Shown: one piece after another, positions 18,053-26,916 of the stretch | Position numbering within the stretch: the stretch's first letter is position 1 | Layout: every line of letters starts with the position of its first letter | From: an uncultured Candidatus Saccharibacteria bacterium | GTDB taxonomy: Bacteria > Patescibacteriota > Saccharimonadia > Saccharimonadales > CAZWFS01 | Length of the DNA: 64,000 nucleotides | Direction of reading: 5' to 3' | Assembly: GCA_964633325.1 (NCBI GenBank) | Contig: CAZWFS010000005.1 | Span: 3,313 to 67,312 of the forward strand | Notes under the pieces: model-generated | Databases searched by the model: none | What the model was told of the DNA's origin: nothing | Seen by the model: the letters and a program-made list of their open reading frames with translations, nothing else | Position numbers and translations under genes: made by a program

Positions 18053-21000
18053 TTAAGTTTTTTCCTCGCTGGTATTAGTTGTCGCATCAAAATCATCGTC
18101 GGCGGCTACTAAGGCCGGATCGTCGGTTGAAGCCCCGTCGTCAGCGCTCCCTGTACCCGCCGTTAGACCGTCTTCCAAATCTAGTACTACAAACTCATCC
18201 ATGGCTGCATCCTCGGTAACATCAACGTCAGACGCTGTCGGTTCGGGTACTGCAACTTCCGGTAAATGCGCTGCTTCGTCTTTAATGTTTTCGGCTAGTA
18301 CTGCTTCCGCATCGATGACGGCATTGCTAGTTATCAAATCTACTTTCAGGCCTAGCCCTTGTAGCTCCTTGACGAGTACGTTAAAACTCTCTGGTACTTT
18401 AGGCCCAACAATTTCCGTTCCCTTGATAATAGATTCATATGCCTTAGACCGTCCGTATACGTCGTCGGATTTAATGGTCAGCATTTCTTGCAGGGTATGG
18501 GCAGCACCGTATGCTTCCAACGCCCAGACTTCCATTTCTCCAAACCGCTGGCCACCATTCTGGGCCTTACCGCCCAATGGCTGCTGCGTCACCATAGTGT
18601 ACGGGCCGGTTGAGCGCGCGTGTATCTTGTCAGCTATCATGTGGTTCAGCTTGATCATGTACATGCTTCCCACGGTCGTACGTTCGCCAAAGCTCTCGCC
18701 GGTACGGCCATCATATAATTGCTGTTTGCCGTCTTCCGGCAGTCCTGCTTTTTTGAGTAACTCGCTGATTTGTTTCGGTGTCACACCATTAAAGGATGGG
18801 CTAGCGACCGTCATGTTTAAGGCACTGGCTGCCATACCTAAATGGGTTTCAAACAGCTGGCCAATATTCATTCTGGATGGTACACCTAATGGATTTAATA
18901 CTATATCGGTGGGGGTGCCGTCTTCCATGAATGGCATGTCCTCTACGGGCAAAATTCGGGCTATAACACCTTTGTTACCATGCCGGCCACCCAATTTATC
19001 GCCTACGGCAATCTTCCGCATTTGAGCCACAAATACCTGTATCTGCATAATGACGCCGGATTTTAGCTCGTGGCCGTTACTTCGGCTAAATATTTTAACG
19101 CCTACTACTTTACCGTGCTTTCCATTGCTCATCCGCTGGGAAGTATCACGCACTTCTTTAGCCTTTTCGCCAAATATTGCACGCAACAAACGTTCCTCAC
19201 TGCTTAGTTCTTGCTCACCCTTAGGGGTAATTTTGCCTACAAGTATATCGCCTGGGTGAACTTCGGCACCAATACGGACTATCCCATCATCATCTAGGTG
19301 CCTTAACGCCTCTTCTGAAACATTGGGAATATCACGCGTGACAATTTCGGGACCAAGTTTTGTTTCCCTAACCTCAGTCATAAAGTCCACAATATGAATG
19401 GACGTCAACGTGTCGTCTTCAACCAGCTTACGGGAGATGATTATGGCGTCCTCGAAGTTATAGCCTGCCCAAGGCATGAAAGCCACTACAAGGTCACGGC
19501 CCAGAGCCAGCTCACCACCGTCAATCGACATACCTTCTATTAGGGGGTCATTCGCCTTGACATTATCCCCGGTGCTGACAACTACTTTCTGGTTGATGCT
19601 AGTACCTTCATTGCTGCGGATAAAATGCTGTGGTTCATATGTAACTGACGTTTTCGCATACTTAACTACAACTTTCTGAGCATCAGCAGAGACAACCTTG
19701 CCAGCTTCCTCGGCTACAATTAACTGTCCGCTGTTATAAGCAGCTACTGTTTCTAGTCCAGTACCAACTAGGGGTGCGCGGGGCTTAATCAGTGGTACAG
19801 CTTGGCGCTGCTGGTTGCTACCCATAAGGCTTCTGTAAACGTAGTTTTTCTCTACAAAGGGTATAAGCCCGGCGCTAGAGCCAATAATTTGCTTAAGCGA
19901 AGCGTCCATATGTGTAACAGTGTTGGCGTCCACTTCACCTGAGACTAAGTGGCGACGGGCACTGACACGTTCGTTTATGTAATAACCGTTACTATCTATG
20001 CCTTCACCAGCACTGGCAATAGTCGCGCCTTCTTCGTCTGCGGCACCCATATATATGATTTCCGACGTAACCTTGGCTTTGACTGGCCAGGTAACTCGTT
20101 CTTTGACGCTAGCGAGCTTTTTAGCAGTTTCGGCAGTAATCCTGGAGCCTGTTTTGACAATAACCGTTCCTTTTTCATTCTTTAAGTCTTCGGTTGCGAT
20201 ATGGCCAGGAGCATCCTTTGCTGTGACAGCATTTATAACCTTTCGGTAAGGCGTCTCTATAAAACCGTAGTCATTGATACGGGCATAGTTGGCCAGGTTC
20301 AGCACCAGGCCGATGTTAGCGCCCTCGGGTGTCTCCACGGCACAGATTCGGCCATAGTGAGTGGAATGAGCGTCACGAACTTCAAATCCTGCGCGCTCCC
20401 TGGATAGGCCGCCAGGCCCCATAGAGCTAAGACGTCGCTTGTGGGCTAGTTCGCTCAAAGGATTAATCTGATCCATGAATTGGCTGAGCTGTGAACTAGC
20501 AAAGAATTCGCGCACGGCAGCCACGATAGGCCGGGCGTTTATTAGCTGGCCAGGGGTAACAGTTTCAATCTCTGACATGCTCATGCGATCTTTGGTATTG
20601 CGCTCCATCCGAAGCAGACCAATCCGGAATTGTCGCTGCACAAGCTCACCAACCAACTTGACTCTTCGGTTAGCCAGGGAATCAATATCATCTGCAGGTT
20701 CCTGGGTATTATTGAGCCTGATAATCTCCGCTATGATTGCCACTAGGTCGTCAAGCCGCATTATGCGGTTCTCTGTCGTATTCGGCACGTCCAGGTTGAG
20801 CCGCTTGTTTATCTTGTAACGGCCGACCCTGCTGAAGTCAAAGCGCTTAAAGTTGTAAAACATGTTTTCCAGTAATGCTCGAGCGTTGTCTACTGTCGCC
20901 AGGTCGCCTGGTCGCAAACGCCTATAAACACCTATCAAGGCATCGTTAGTTCCTCTAGCGGTGTCTTTTTCTAATGTCGCATCTATATGATTGATTTTAC

Positions 21001-21646
21001 CCTGGTCTACATGCTTGAAGGCGTCTTTTAGCTGAACGTCGGACAGGCCTAGGGCGCGCAACAGCGTGGTAACCGGAATTTTTCGTTTTCGGTCAATCTT
21101 TACATATATTGCACCAGAAGCGGCTGTTTCGAATTCCAGCCAGGCTCCTCGCCCTGGTATAACCTTGGCGCCGTATAGGTTTGTAGTACCCTTCAGGTCG
21201 GCAGTGAAGAACACGCCAGCTGAACGGATTAGCTGCGATACTACCACTCGCTCCGCACCGTTGATAACGAAAGTTCCTCTGGACGTCATCCAGGGGTAAT
21301 CGCCCAAGTATATTTCTTGGTCTTTGACCTCGCCTGTTATTTTGTTGGTCAGCTCTACTGTAGCTTTCAGCGGAGCATCATAACTAACGTTATTCTCACG
21401 CGATTCTGCCTCTGTCATTTTGGGCTTTTCAAAGCGATAATCTTTGAACCGTATGGATAATTTTGTGCCCGTGTAATCATCTACGGGGCTGACCTCGCTT
21501 AGTAGTTCCCCCAGGCCTTCTTCCACGAACCACTGGAAAGAGCGGTTTTGATGGTCGACCAAGTTTGGTAGTTCTAATATGTCTTCGGTGTCAGTGAAAA
21601 ATGTGCGTTTCTGCGAGCTTGCAATCTTGGACGAGCTTTTAGCCAT
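18053..21646 (-). CDS. rpoB: DNA-directed RNA polymerase subunit beta
   Basis: GDKLGGRHGNKGV and PESFNVLVKELQGLGL motifs. Carries an acidic C-terminal tail of about 92 aa. Confidence 0.98.
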   Translation of the reverse strand: MAKSSSKIASSQKRTFFTDTEDILELPNLVDHQNRSFQWFVEEGLGELLSEVSPVDDYTGTKLSIRFKDYRFEKPKMTEAESRENNVSYDAPLKATVELTNKITGEVKDQEIYLGDYPWMTSRGTFVINGAERVVVSQLIRSAGVFFTADLKGTTNLYGAKVIPGRGAWLEFETAASGAIYVKIDRKRKIPVTTLLRALGLSDVQLKDAFKHVDQGKINHIDATLEKDTARGTNDALIGVYRRLRPGDLATVDNARALLENMFYNFKRFDFSRVGRYKINKRLNLDVPNTTENRIMRLDDLVAIIAEIIRLNNTQEPADDIDSLANRRVKLVGELVQRQFRIGLLRMERNTKDRMSMSEIETVTPGQLINARPIVAAVREFFASSQLSQFMDQINPLSELAHKRRLSSMGPGGLSRERAGFEVRDAHSTHYGRICAVETPEGANIGLVLNLANYARINDYGFIETPYRKVINAVTAKDAPGHIATEDLKNEKGTVIVKTGSRITAETAKKLASVKERVTWPVKAKVTSEIIYMGAADEEGATIASAGEGIDSNGYYINERVSARRHLVSGEVDANTVTHMDASLKQIIGSSAGLIPFVEKNYVYRSLMGSNQQRQAVPLIKPRAPLVGTGLETVAAYNSGQLIVAEEAGKVVSADAQKVVVKYAKTSVTYEPQHFIRSNEGTSINQKVVVSTGDNVKANDPLIEGMSIDGGELALGRDLVVAFMPWAGYNFEDAIIISRKLVEDDTLTSIHIVDFMTEVRETKLGPEIVTRDIPNVSEEALRHLDDDGIVRIGAEVHPGDILVGKITPKGEQELSSEERLLRAIFGEKAKEVRDTSQRMSNGKHGKVVGVKIFSRSNGHELKSGVIMQIQVFVAQMRKIAVGDKLGGRHGNKGVIARILPVEDMPFMEDGTPTDIVLNPLGVPSRMNIGQLFETHLGMAASALNMTVASPSFNGVTPKQISELLKKAGLPEDGKQQLYDGRTGESFGERTTVGSMYMIKLNHMIADKIHARSTGPYTMVTQQPLGGKAQNGGQRFGEMEVWALEAYGAAHTLQEMLTIKSDDVYGRSKAYESIIKGTEIVGPKVPESFNVLVKELQGLGLKVDLITSNAVIDAEAVLAENIKDEAAHLPEVAVPEPTASDVDVTEDAAMDEFVVLDLEDGLTAGTGSADDGASTDDPALVAADDDFDATTNTSEEKT

Positions 21647-21893
21647 ATATTAAGTGAAACTCCCATATTAAATGATGTAAATTTAACTTTACTCTGTGCT
21701 GATAAGTTTGACTGAAGAAAACTAAGAGGGGTTTTTGGTGCTTTCTTATCTGTCCCAAACACAGCACAGCCCAGCTTACACTACTTCTTATTCTATAGGG
21801 TATAGAGCTTGGGCCATGGAGTCAAGGGTGTCTAATTTTTTAATTAAGAATTACGAAAATGAATTTCAGGAGAATTGGAACAGAAGATATTGT

Positions 21894-22661
21894 CTATATA
21901 GACCCCGATGGAAAATCTTCAATATCCACCTGGGTCGGGGAGAAAAACTTTTCTTGTCCATATCTTAACTCCTTCAATTTGCCATGCGAGCTCCGCCATT
22001 TGTAAACGAGCTGTGCGTACAGAGTACTCCGGGGTGGTATATGTCTATTGTCTTCATTATCTTCAAAACGTCGGGTTGCGATTTTAGCAAGGCCGCTCCC
22101 ACCGATTGCCCTATGAATATATCCCGGCGAGTCCACCGGTTCAATGGTCCATGGGCGTCGATCACAGTACGCCTCACTTTGAACTTTATTAACCAAAGCT
22201 TTATAAGCAGACGCCACTGTAGATTCCGGAGATTGAGTTAATGTGTTTAGATTTGGAGGGTAGCCATCTGTCCAGGCAAGCAAATTATGTGTAGCATATG
22301 GATAATCAACCCTGGTCCAACCCAAATAGCGGCCAATCCGCTCATGCTTAGGTATCCCAGCCGGCAACGGTAGACGCATGTTGCCTAGCGGAAGTCCCGG
22401 ATAAATTGTAGCTAAACCGATTACTTCGTCTTTTTCAGTTTCATCTATTACGGCGAATGTCTCTGGTTGATGCTTTTCATGGTTAATTTTTAAAGCCTCA
22501 ACCGATCTAACCGCATCATCTCCCGATCCTCCATAGCGTTGAGTTGGCCCCACGATATGTCTCTGTAATAGCAGACCACTATTATCACTTATCAGCGCAC
22601 GCAATCGGTCGACAAGATAGGCCGTGCCAAACTCGGTAACCGGTACTAGTATGTCGTTCAT
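21894..22661 (-). CDS. Hypothetical 255-aa protein (possible GNAT-like fold, weak)
   Basis: Full-length ORF with a TGATATAAT -10 upstream. FAVIDETEKDEVIGLATIYP and IHRAIGGSGLAKIA loosely resemble acetyltransferase beta4/motif A. Confidence 0.5.
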   Translation of the reverse strand: MNDILVPVTEFGTAYLVDRLRALISDNSGLLLQRHIVGPTQRYGGSGDDAVRSVEALKINHEKHQPETFAVIDETEKDEVIGLATIYPGLPLGNMRLPLPAGIPKHERIGRYLGWTRVDYPYATHNLLAWTDGYPPNLNTLTQSPESTVASAYKALVNKVQSEAYCDRRPWTIEPVDSPGYIHRAIGGSGLAKIATRRFEDNEDNRHIPPRSTLYAQLVYKWRSSHGKLKELRYGQEKFFSPTQVDIEDFPSGSI

Positions 22662-22785
22662 AATTTATCGTTCTACGAATTTTATTGCAAAATTATATCA
22701 TTTATATTCATGAAAACCATGAGCGTTGTTACAAAGTTAAATTAAGGGATAGCTCACTCGCTTTTTGACTCATTTCTCGTGTCTC

Positions 22786-23400
22786 TTAGCTTTTTGGGTG
22801 GATAGGGTTGGTAATGACGGCGTCTACTAAGCCGTATTTTTTGGCTTCTTCGGCTGTCATCCAGAGGTCGCGTTCCATGTCATTATGGATTTTTTCTGGC
22901 TTCTGGCCGGTGTTCTTGGCCATAACGTGTTCCAGTAACTTCTTAACTCGCAGGGCTTCCTTTAGGTCGATCTCTTGGTCGGTAACTTTACCCCGCGTGC
23001 CACTGGAGGGCTGGTGAATCATAACCGCGGCATGCGGTAGCAAAAAGCGTTTTCCCTTAGCTCCCGAGCTAAGCAAAAAAGCAGCTGCCGAGGCTTGAAT
23101 GCCTATACCCACGGTCTGTACATCGCTCTTCACGTACTGCATGGTGTCATAAATGGCCAAAGCGTCATACACGCTGCCACCAGGACTGTTTATGTATAAG
23201 TAAATATCTTTTGTCGAACTATCGTTGTCCAGGAAGAGTAACTGAGCCACAACCAGGTTAGCGGTATGCTCGTTAACATCATTGCCTAGGAAGATAATCC
23301 GGTCCTTAAGCAGCCGGCTATAAATATCATAGGCCCGCTCAACCCGCCCATCATTCTCTATAACAGTAGGTATTAATACCTGACTCTTCAAATCACCCAT
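22786..23400 (-). CDS. clpP: ATP-dependent Clp protease proteolytic subunit
   Basis: [14 protein letters not shown] (catalytic Ser) and MIHQPSSG (His). I moved the start to Met9 (23400), because the track start would lie inside the promoter/CIRCE. Confidence 0.95.
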   Translation of the reverse strand: MGDLKSQVLIPTVIENDGRVERAYDIYSRLLKDRIIFLGNDVNEHTANLVVAQLLFLDNDSSTKDIYLYINSPGGSVYDALAIYDTMQYVKSDVQTVGIGIQASAAAFLLSSGAKGKRFLLPHAAVMIHQPSSGTRGKVTDQEIDLKEALRVKKLLEHVMAKNTGQKPEKIHNDMERDLWMTAEEAKKYGLVDAVITNPIHPKS

Positions 23401-23406
23401 AAATCG

Positions 23407-23435
23407 ATCATATAAAATTAGCACTCGGAAGTCAA
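23407..23435 (-). promoter_or_regulatory. clpP promoter (leaderless geometry)
   Basis: Gene strand reads TTGACT (23435..23430), a 17-nt spacer, TATGAT (23412..23407), a 6-nt spacer, then ATG at 23400. Confidence 0.5.
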
Positions 23436-23444
23436 GAGTGCCAA
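23418..23444. promoter_or_regulatory. CIRCE-type inverted repeat (HrcA operator) at clpP
   Basis: TTAGCACTC-GGAAGTCAA-GAGTGCCAA matches 17/18 of the consensus TTAGCACTC-N9-GAGTGCTAA. It covers the -35 and the spacer. Confidence 0.6.
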
Positions 23445-23505
23445 TCCAAATGTTCTATAGGGGTGCTTGTATGCGACTAGCCTGGCATTTCTTTCCGAAG
23501 CCCAG

Positions 23506-23535
23506 AGCTAGTTGTAGCTATAGCTACTACTAGCT
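23506..23535. repeat. 30-bp near-perfect palindrome
   Basis: AGCTAGTTGTAGCTA|TAGCTACTACTAGCT: 14 of 15 mirrored positions pair, with one T:T mismatch. The core GTAGCTATAGCTAC is perfect. Confidence 0.8.
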
Positions 23536-23614
23536 GGACTGGAGGAAAAAATATCGAGATAGGCGTATGCAAACAGGCCTAGCGATAATCTGGCGTTGGT
23601 ATTCTTGGCTTAGG

Positions 23615-24013
23615 TCAAGAGTGCGTGTCTCTGTCTTTCCTTCTTGAAAAGGTCGTGTCCAGTTGGACCTCTTGCGAGCGCTGGGATCGTCGTAATCGAA
23701 ATAGAATTATTCTTTCTAGCCATGGGTATGCACTAATTCGAGCTTGTTTTTCTCTTATCTGCCCTGGTGTCATTTCATGTCTTAACATTGCGTTAGCAAG
23801 TCGTTGAGAAAGTTCCCATTTACGATCACCTGCCGCATAATCAAACCAAGTTCTCATTTCTGCTGTTCGTCCGGGCAAAGTATCAGATAGTTCTAATCCG
23901 AATGAGGTAGGCGGCAGAGGCGTGTCAAAAGGAATAGTAGGAGCTACGTCAGTAGGCGGACGCATTAGCTCCTTATATAAAGTCAGATCTATTTCTGGGT
24001 GACTATCTGTCAT
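23615..24013 (-). CDS. Hypothetical 132-aa protein between tig and clpP
   Basis: Intact ORF with a TATAAT-like element upstream. No family recognised. Confidence 0.45.
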   Translation of the reverse strand: MTDSHPEIDLTLYKELMRPPTDVAPTIPFDTPLPPTSFGLELSDTLPGRTAEMRTWFDYAAGDRKWELSQRLANAMLRHEMTPGQIREKQARISAYPWLERIILFRLRRSQRSQEVQLDTTFSRRKDRDTHS

Positions 24014-24056
24014 AAGCTAGTTTCCAATTAGTAATATCAAAGTATATATTATACTA

Positions 24057-25340
24057 CTATTTGGATGAATAGCCAACTAGCTTCAGGACAGTCTTTTCAG
24101 TAAGTATTCGCGATGCGATGGACTCCCTTGCTTCGGGTTTATTTAGCTCTTCTTGCATCTTCTCGTCTTGGTACTGGGCCTTTGTCTGCTGAAGCCGTTT
24201 CTCTATTTCTTCATTACTTACGGATAAACGCTCTGATTCGGCTATTTCTGCCAAAATAAGCCCCGCTTTGACGCGTTCTTCGGCCTGTGGCGTAAGCACA
24301 TTCATACGATATTCTTCTTCTGTTGTTGCCTGGGCTTCCAAAAATTCCTGAAACGTTTGGCCGCGGTACGTCAGATTTTGCCGCGTATCTGTCATTAGCC
24401 GCTCAATTTGCTCTTCTATTAGCGCCTTGGGTGTCGCGACCTTTGACTTCGCCGTAATTTCTCTGACCAGTTCATTCTCGTATGCTTGATCCACCTCTCT
24501 TTGACGCTCTAATTGCAACTGCTTACTAATGTCTGCTTTCAGCTCTTCCAGCGACCTAAATGGGCCGGCATGTGTAGCGAACTCATCATCCACCTTTGGC
24601 TCATTTACTTGCTGTACTTTTTTGACCTTCACGTCAAAAGTAACTTTCTTACCAGCTAAAGTTTTTAATCCATATTCCTTAGGAAAAGTCAGCGTGAAAG
24701 TCTTATCCGCACCCATCTTGGCACCTATCAAATTTTTCTCAAATCCAGGAATGAACGTATCACTACCTAAAATTAATGGATAATCTTTACCGTCGGCACC
24801 TTTTATAAGTTCCCCTTTGGTGTCTTTACCGCTAAAGTCAATCCATACCTCGTCACCTTCCTTAGCAGCCCTGGACACTTCTTCCTTCTTAGCCAAACGT
24901 TTACGTAAAGCTCGGATAACATCCTCAACATCTTTTGAGGTTATTTTGGCTTTAGTCTTGGCTTTTTTAATTTTTTTATAATCAACTAACTCTATATGGC
25001 CCACCACTTCGATCTCCGCGTCAAATTCAAGCTCAGTAAAAGGAATAAACTTCTTTATATTTACCTGAGGCCTATCCACCGGCCTCAAACTATATTCTTC
25101 CAGAGCAGCAACATATAGCTGATTGACTATGTCATTTAAGAACTCGGACTGAAGTGTTGTTTGGTCTAGGTTTTTCTCTATAAGCCCTAACGGCGCTTTG
25201 CCGGGTCTGAACCCGGGCAGCTTTACTTGTCCACCCAATCTTTTGACCGTAGCCTCCTTGGCCGGAGTCATTTCGGGTTCACTTACAACTACAGTAAGGG
25301 TAACCTCCGTATCAGATCTATCGGTTTTCTTCACCTTCAT
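24057..25340 (-). CDS. tig: Trigger factor
   Basis: N-terminal ribosome-binding PGFRPGKAP motif, a central FKBP-like region, 427 aa. Confidence 0.93.
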   Translation of the reverse strand: MKVKKTDRSDTEVTLTVVVSEPEMTPAKEATVKRLGGQVKLPGFRPGKAPLGLIEKNLDQTTLQSEFLNDIVNQLYVAALEEYSLRPVDRPQVNIKKFIPFTELEFDAEIEVVGHIELVDYKKIKKAKTKAKITSKDVEDVIRALRKRLAKKEEVSRAAKEGDEVWIDFSGKDTKGELIKGADGKDYPLILGSDTFIPGFEKNLIGAKMGADKTFTLTFPKEYGLKTLAGKKVTFDVKVKKVQQVNEPKVDDEFATHAGPFRSLEELKADISKQLQLERQREVDQAYENELVREITAKSKVATPKALIEEQIERLMTDTRQNLTYRGQTFQEFLEAQATTEEEYRMNVLTPQAEERVKAGLILAEIAESERLSVSNEEIEKRLQQTKAQYQDEKMQEELNKPEARESIASRILTEKTVLKLVGYSSK

Positions 25341-25348
25341 GATTCATC

Positions 25349-25357
25349 AGTCTAACA
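25349..25357 (-). promoter_or_regulatory. Extended -10 element 8 nt upstream of the tig ATG
   Basis: Gene strand reads TGTTAGACT, then GATGAATC, then ATG (25340). No SD in the spacer. Confidence 0.4.
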
Positions 25358-25398
25358 CCCGACACATAATCTGTCATGCGATGCCGCAAAAAGAGGTT

Positions 25399-26706
25399 CT
25401 ACTTTTTCCTTTTATCTTTGACGATGCTGACCAATCTAGCTGCCCCATGCCTTTCTTCTTTGCCGGTCTTCAAGTTTTTCAGCATGAATTGGTTTTCCTG
25501 CAACTCTTTTTCGCCAATGAATAGAACATTATTAATCGACTTTTTTATAGCCGTTTTAATCTGTTTATCTACGCCTCGGCCAGATAAATCGACCGCCACC
25601 CTAAGTCCCATTTTTCGTAAATCCTGGATGATCGGTCTAGCCTGAGCTGATACATTGCCGACAACTATGACGTACAAATCTGTCTCCGGACGCAATCTGG
25701 GCAATAATTTGTGACAATCCAGAAAGTTCTGTACCGTTACGTCGCCCATACCAAAACCTACTGTCGGCACAGACTCCACACCAAATAGGCTTACTAAACC
25801 GTCGTAGCGGCCACCACCAAACATAGAACGGTTATTTTCTAGGTCAGTATCAAAGACCTCAAATACAATATCAGTATAGTAATCAAAGCCCCGCAGCGTT
25901 GTAATGTCAAATATAGCGTTTGATATCCCAGCTTGGCGGAGCTGATCTATAAGATACTGTAGTTTTATTGCCGCTTCATGACTTTGCAGCTCGATAGGCA
26001 GCTCCTGAAGTTCTTTAACTGTTAGTAAATTGAGTAGCTTATCAGCAATGCCTGCCTCCCGCTCTGATGGACTGAGGACTGCGCGCACAGCAGCTACGAA
26101 TTCGCCACGGTTCATCTTGTGCATGCGATCAATCAGCTTACTGACCGTGTGTGTTTGTACCTCTGTAAGTCCTAAATACTCCGTAAGCATTATCTGGATT
26201 AGCCGGCGGCTATTAAGCTTTATTACATACATATCACGCTTGGCCTTGAAAGACTGCATTATGTAGTCAACCAGCTCAATAGTTTCCAGCTCTGCTTCAA
26301 TCCCGGCTACTCCAAATATATCCACATTAAGCTGCCAGTGTTCCCGCAACCTGCCACGCTGTGGCCTTTCATAACGCCAAAGGTTTGGAATGCTATACCA
26401 ACGCACTGGATAGGCGAGTTCTTGTCTTTTGGCGGCGACCATACGGGAAACGGTAGGCGTCATTTCCGGACGGATTACGACTTGCCTGTCACCCCGATCA
26501 GTGAAGCTATATGTTTGCTCGTTGACTATTTCATCGCCTGTTTTGGCTAAATATAGTTCTAACGGTTCCAAAATCGGGGCGTCATACTCCTCATAACCAA
26601 ATTTTTCCGCAGATTTACGCATAACCCCAAAGATATACTTCTGCAAACGCTTATCCTCAGGATAGAAATCCCGCGCCCCTTTATACGGTTGTGTTGATAA
26701 AATCAT
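25399..26706 (-). CDS. hisS: Histidine--tRNA ligase
   Basis: Class II motifs RGFDYYTDIVFE and FGGGRYDGL. Confidence 0.95.
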   Translation of the reverse strand: MILSTQPYKGARDFYPEDKRLQKYIFGVMRKSAEKFGYEEYDAPILEPLELYLAKTGDEIVNEQTYSFTDRGDRQVVIRPEMTPTVSRMVAAKRQELAYPVRWYSIPNLWRYERPQRGRLREHWQLNVDIFGVAGIEAELETIELVDYIMQSFKAKRDMYVIKLNSRRLIQIMLTEYLGLTEVQTHTVSKLIDRMHKMNRGEFVAAVRAVLSPSEREAGIADKLLNLLTVKELQELPIELQSHEAAIKLQYLIDQLRQAGISNAIFDITTLRGFDYYTDIVFEVFDTDLENNRSMFGGGRYDGLVSLFGVESVPTVGFGMGDVTVQNFLDCHKLLPRLRPETDLYVIVVGNVSAQARPIIQDLRKMGLRVAVDLSGRGVDKQIKTAIKKSINNVLFIGEKELQENQFMLKNLKTGKEERHGAARLVSIVKDKRKK

Positions 26707-26916
26707 GGCTGCTCACATGATATACCAGCTCGACCCACCAAAGAAACTTTATAATTCCTCCTCAGTTAATTTTATGCTAATATAGGGGTGTATAAAATTA
26801 ATACAAAAAGGTTCAAAAATGTCTGTTACTGACATAAATCAACTGGCATCAGCCATCATGGGGGCTACTATAGCTGTTTTGGTAGCTGTAATGATGAGAA
26901 ATAAATCCACCGACTA

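Noticed and set aside
14239-18096. An apparent 44-nt overlap of rpoC with rpoB.
   Set aside because: This is an artefact of an upstream in-frame ATG. The conserved RpoC N-terminus begins at Met16 (ATG 18051), 1 nt after the rpoB stop, with a GAGGA upstream.
18201-19025. A 274-aa plus-strand ORF, along with many other 60-190-aa ORFs antisense to rpoB, rpoC, fusA, recG, dnaE and the PBP (for example 30516..31049, 38549..38977 and 54172..54753).
   Set aside because: They lie entirely within strongly supported genes on the other strand and have Ser/Pro/Arg-rich shadow-frame composition. They also lack start contexts. These are typical antisense shadow ORFs.
23418-23444. Reading the clp operators as CtsR boxes (direct repeat GGTCAAA-NAN-GGTCAAA).
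   Set aside because: The best alignment gives only 5/7 and 4/7 matches with the wrong spacing. The inverted-repeat (CIRCE) reading gives 17/18 with an exact 9-nt spacer at both sites.
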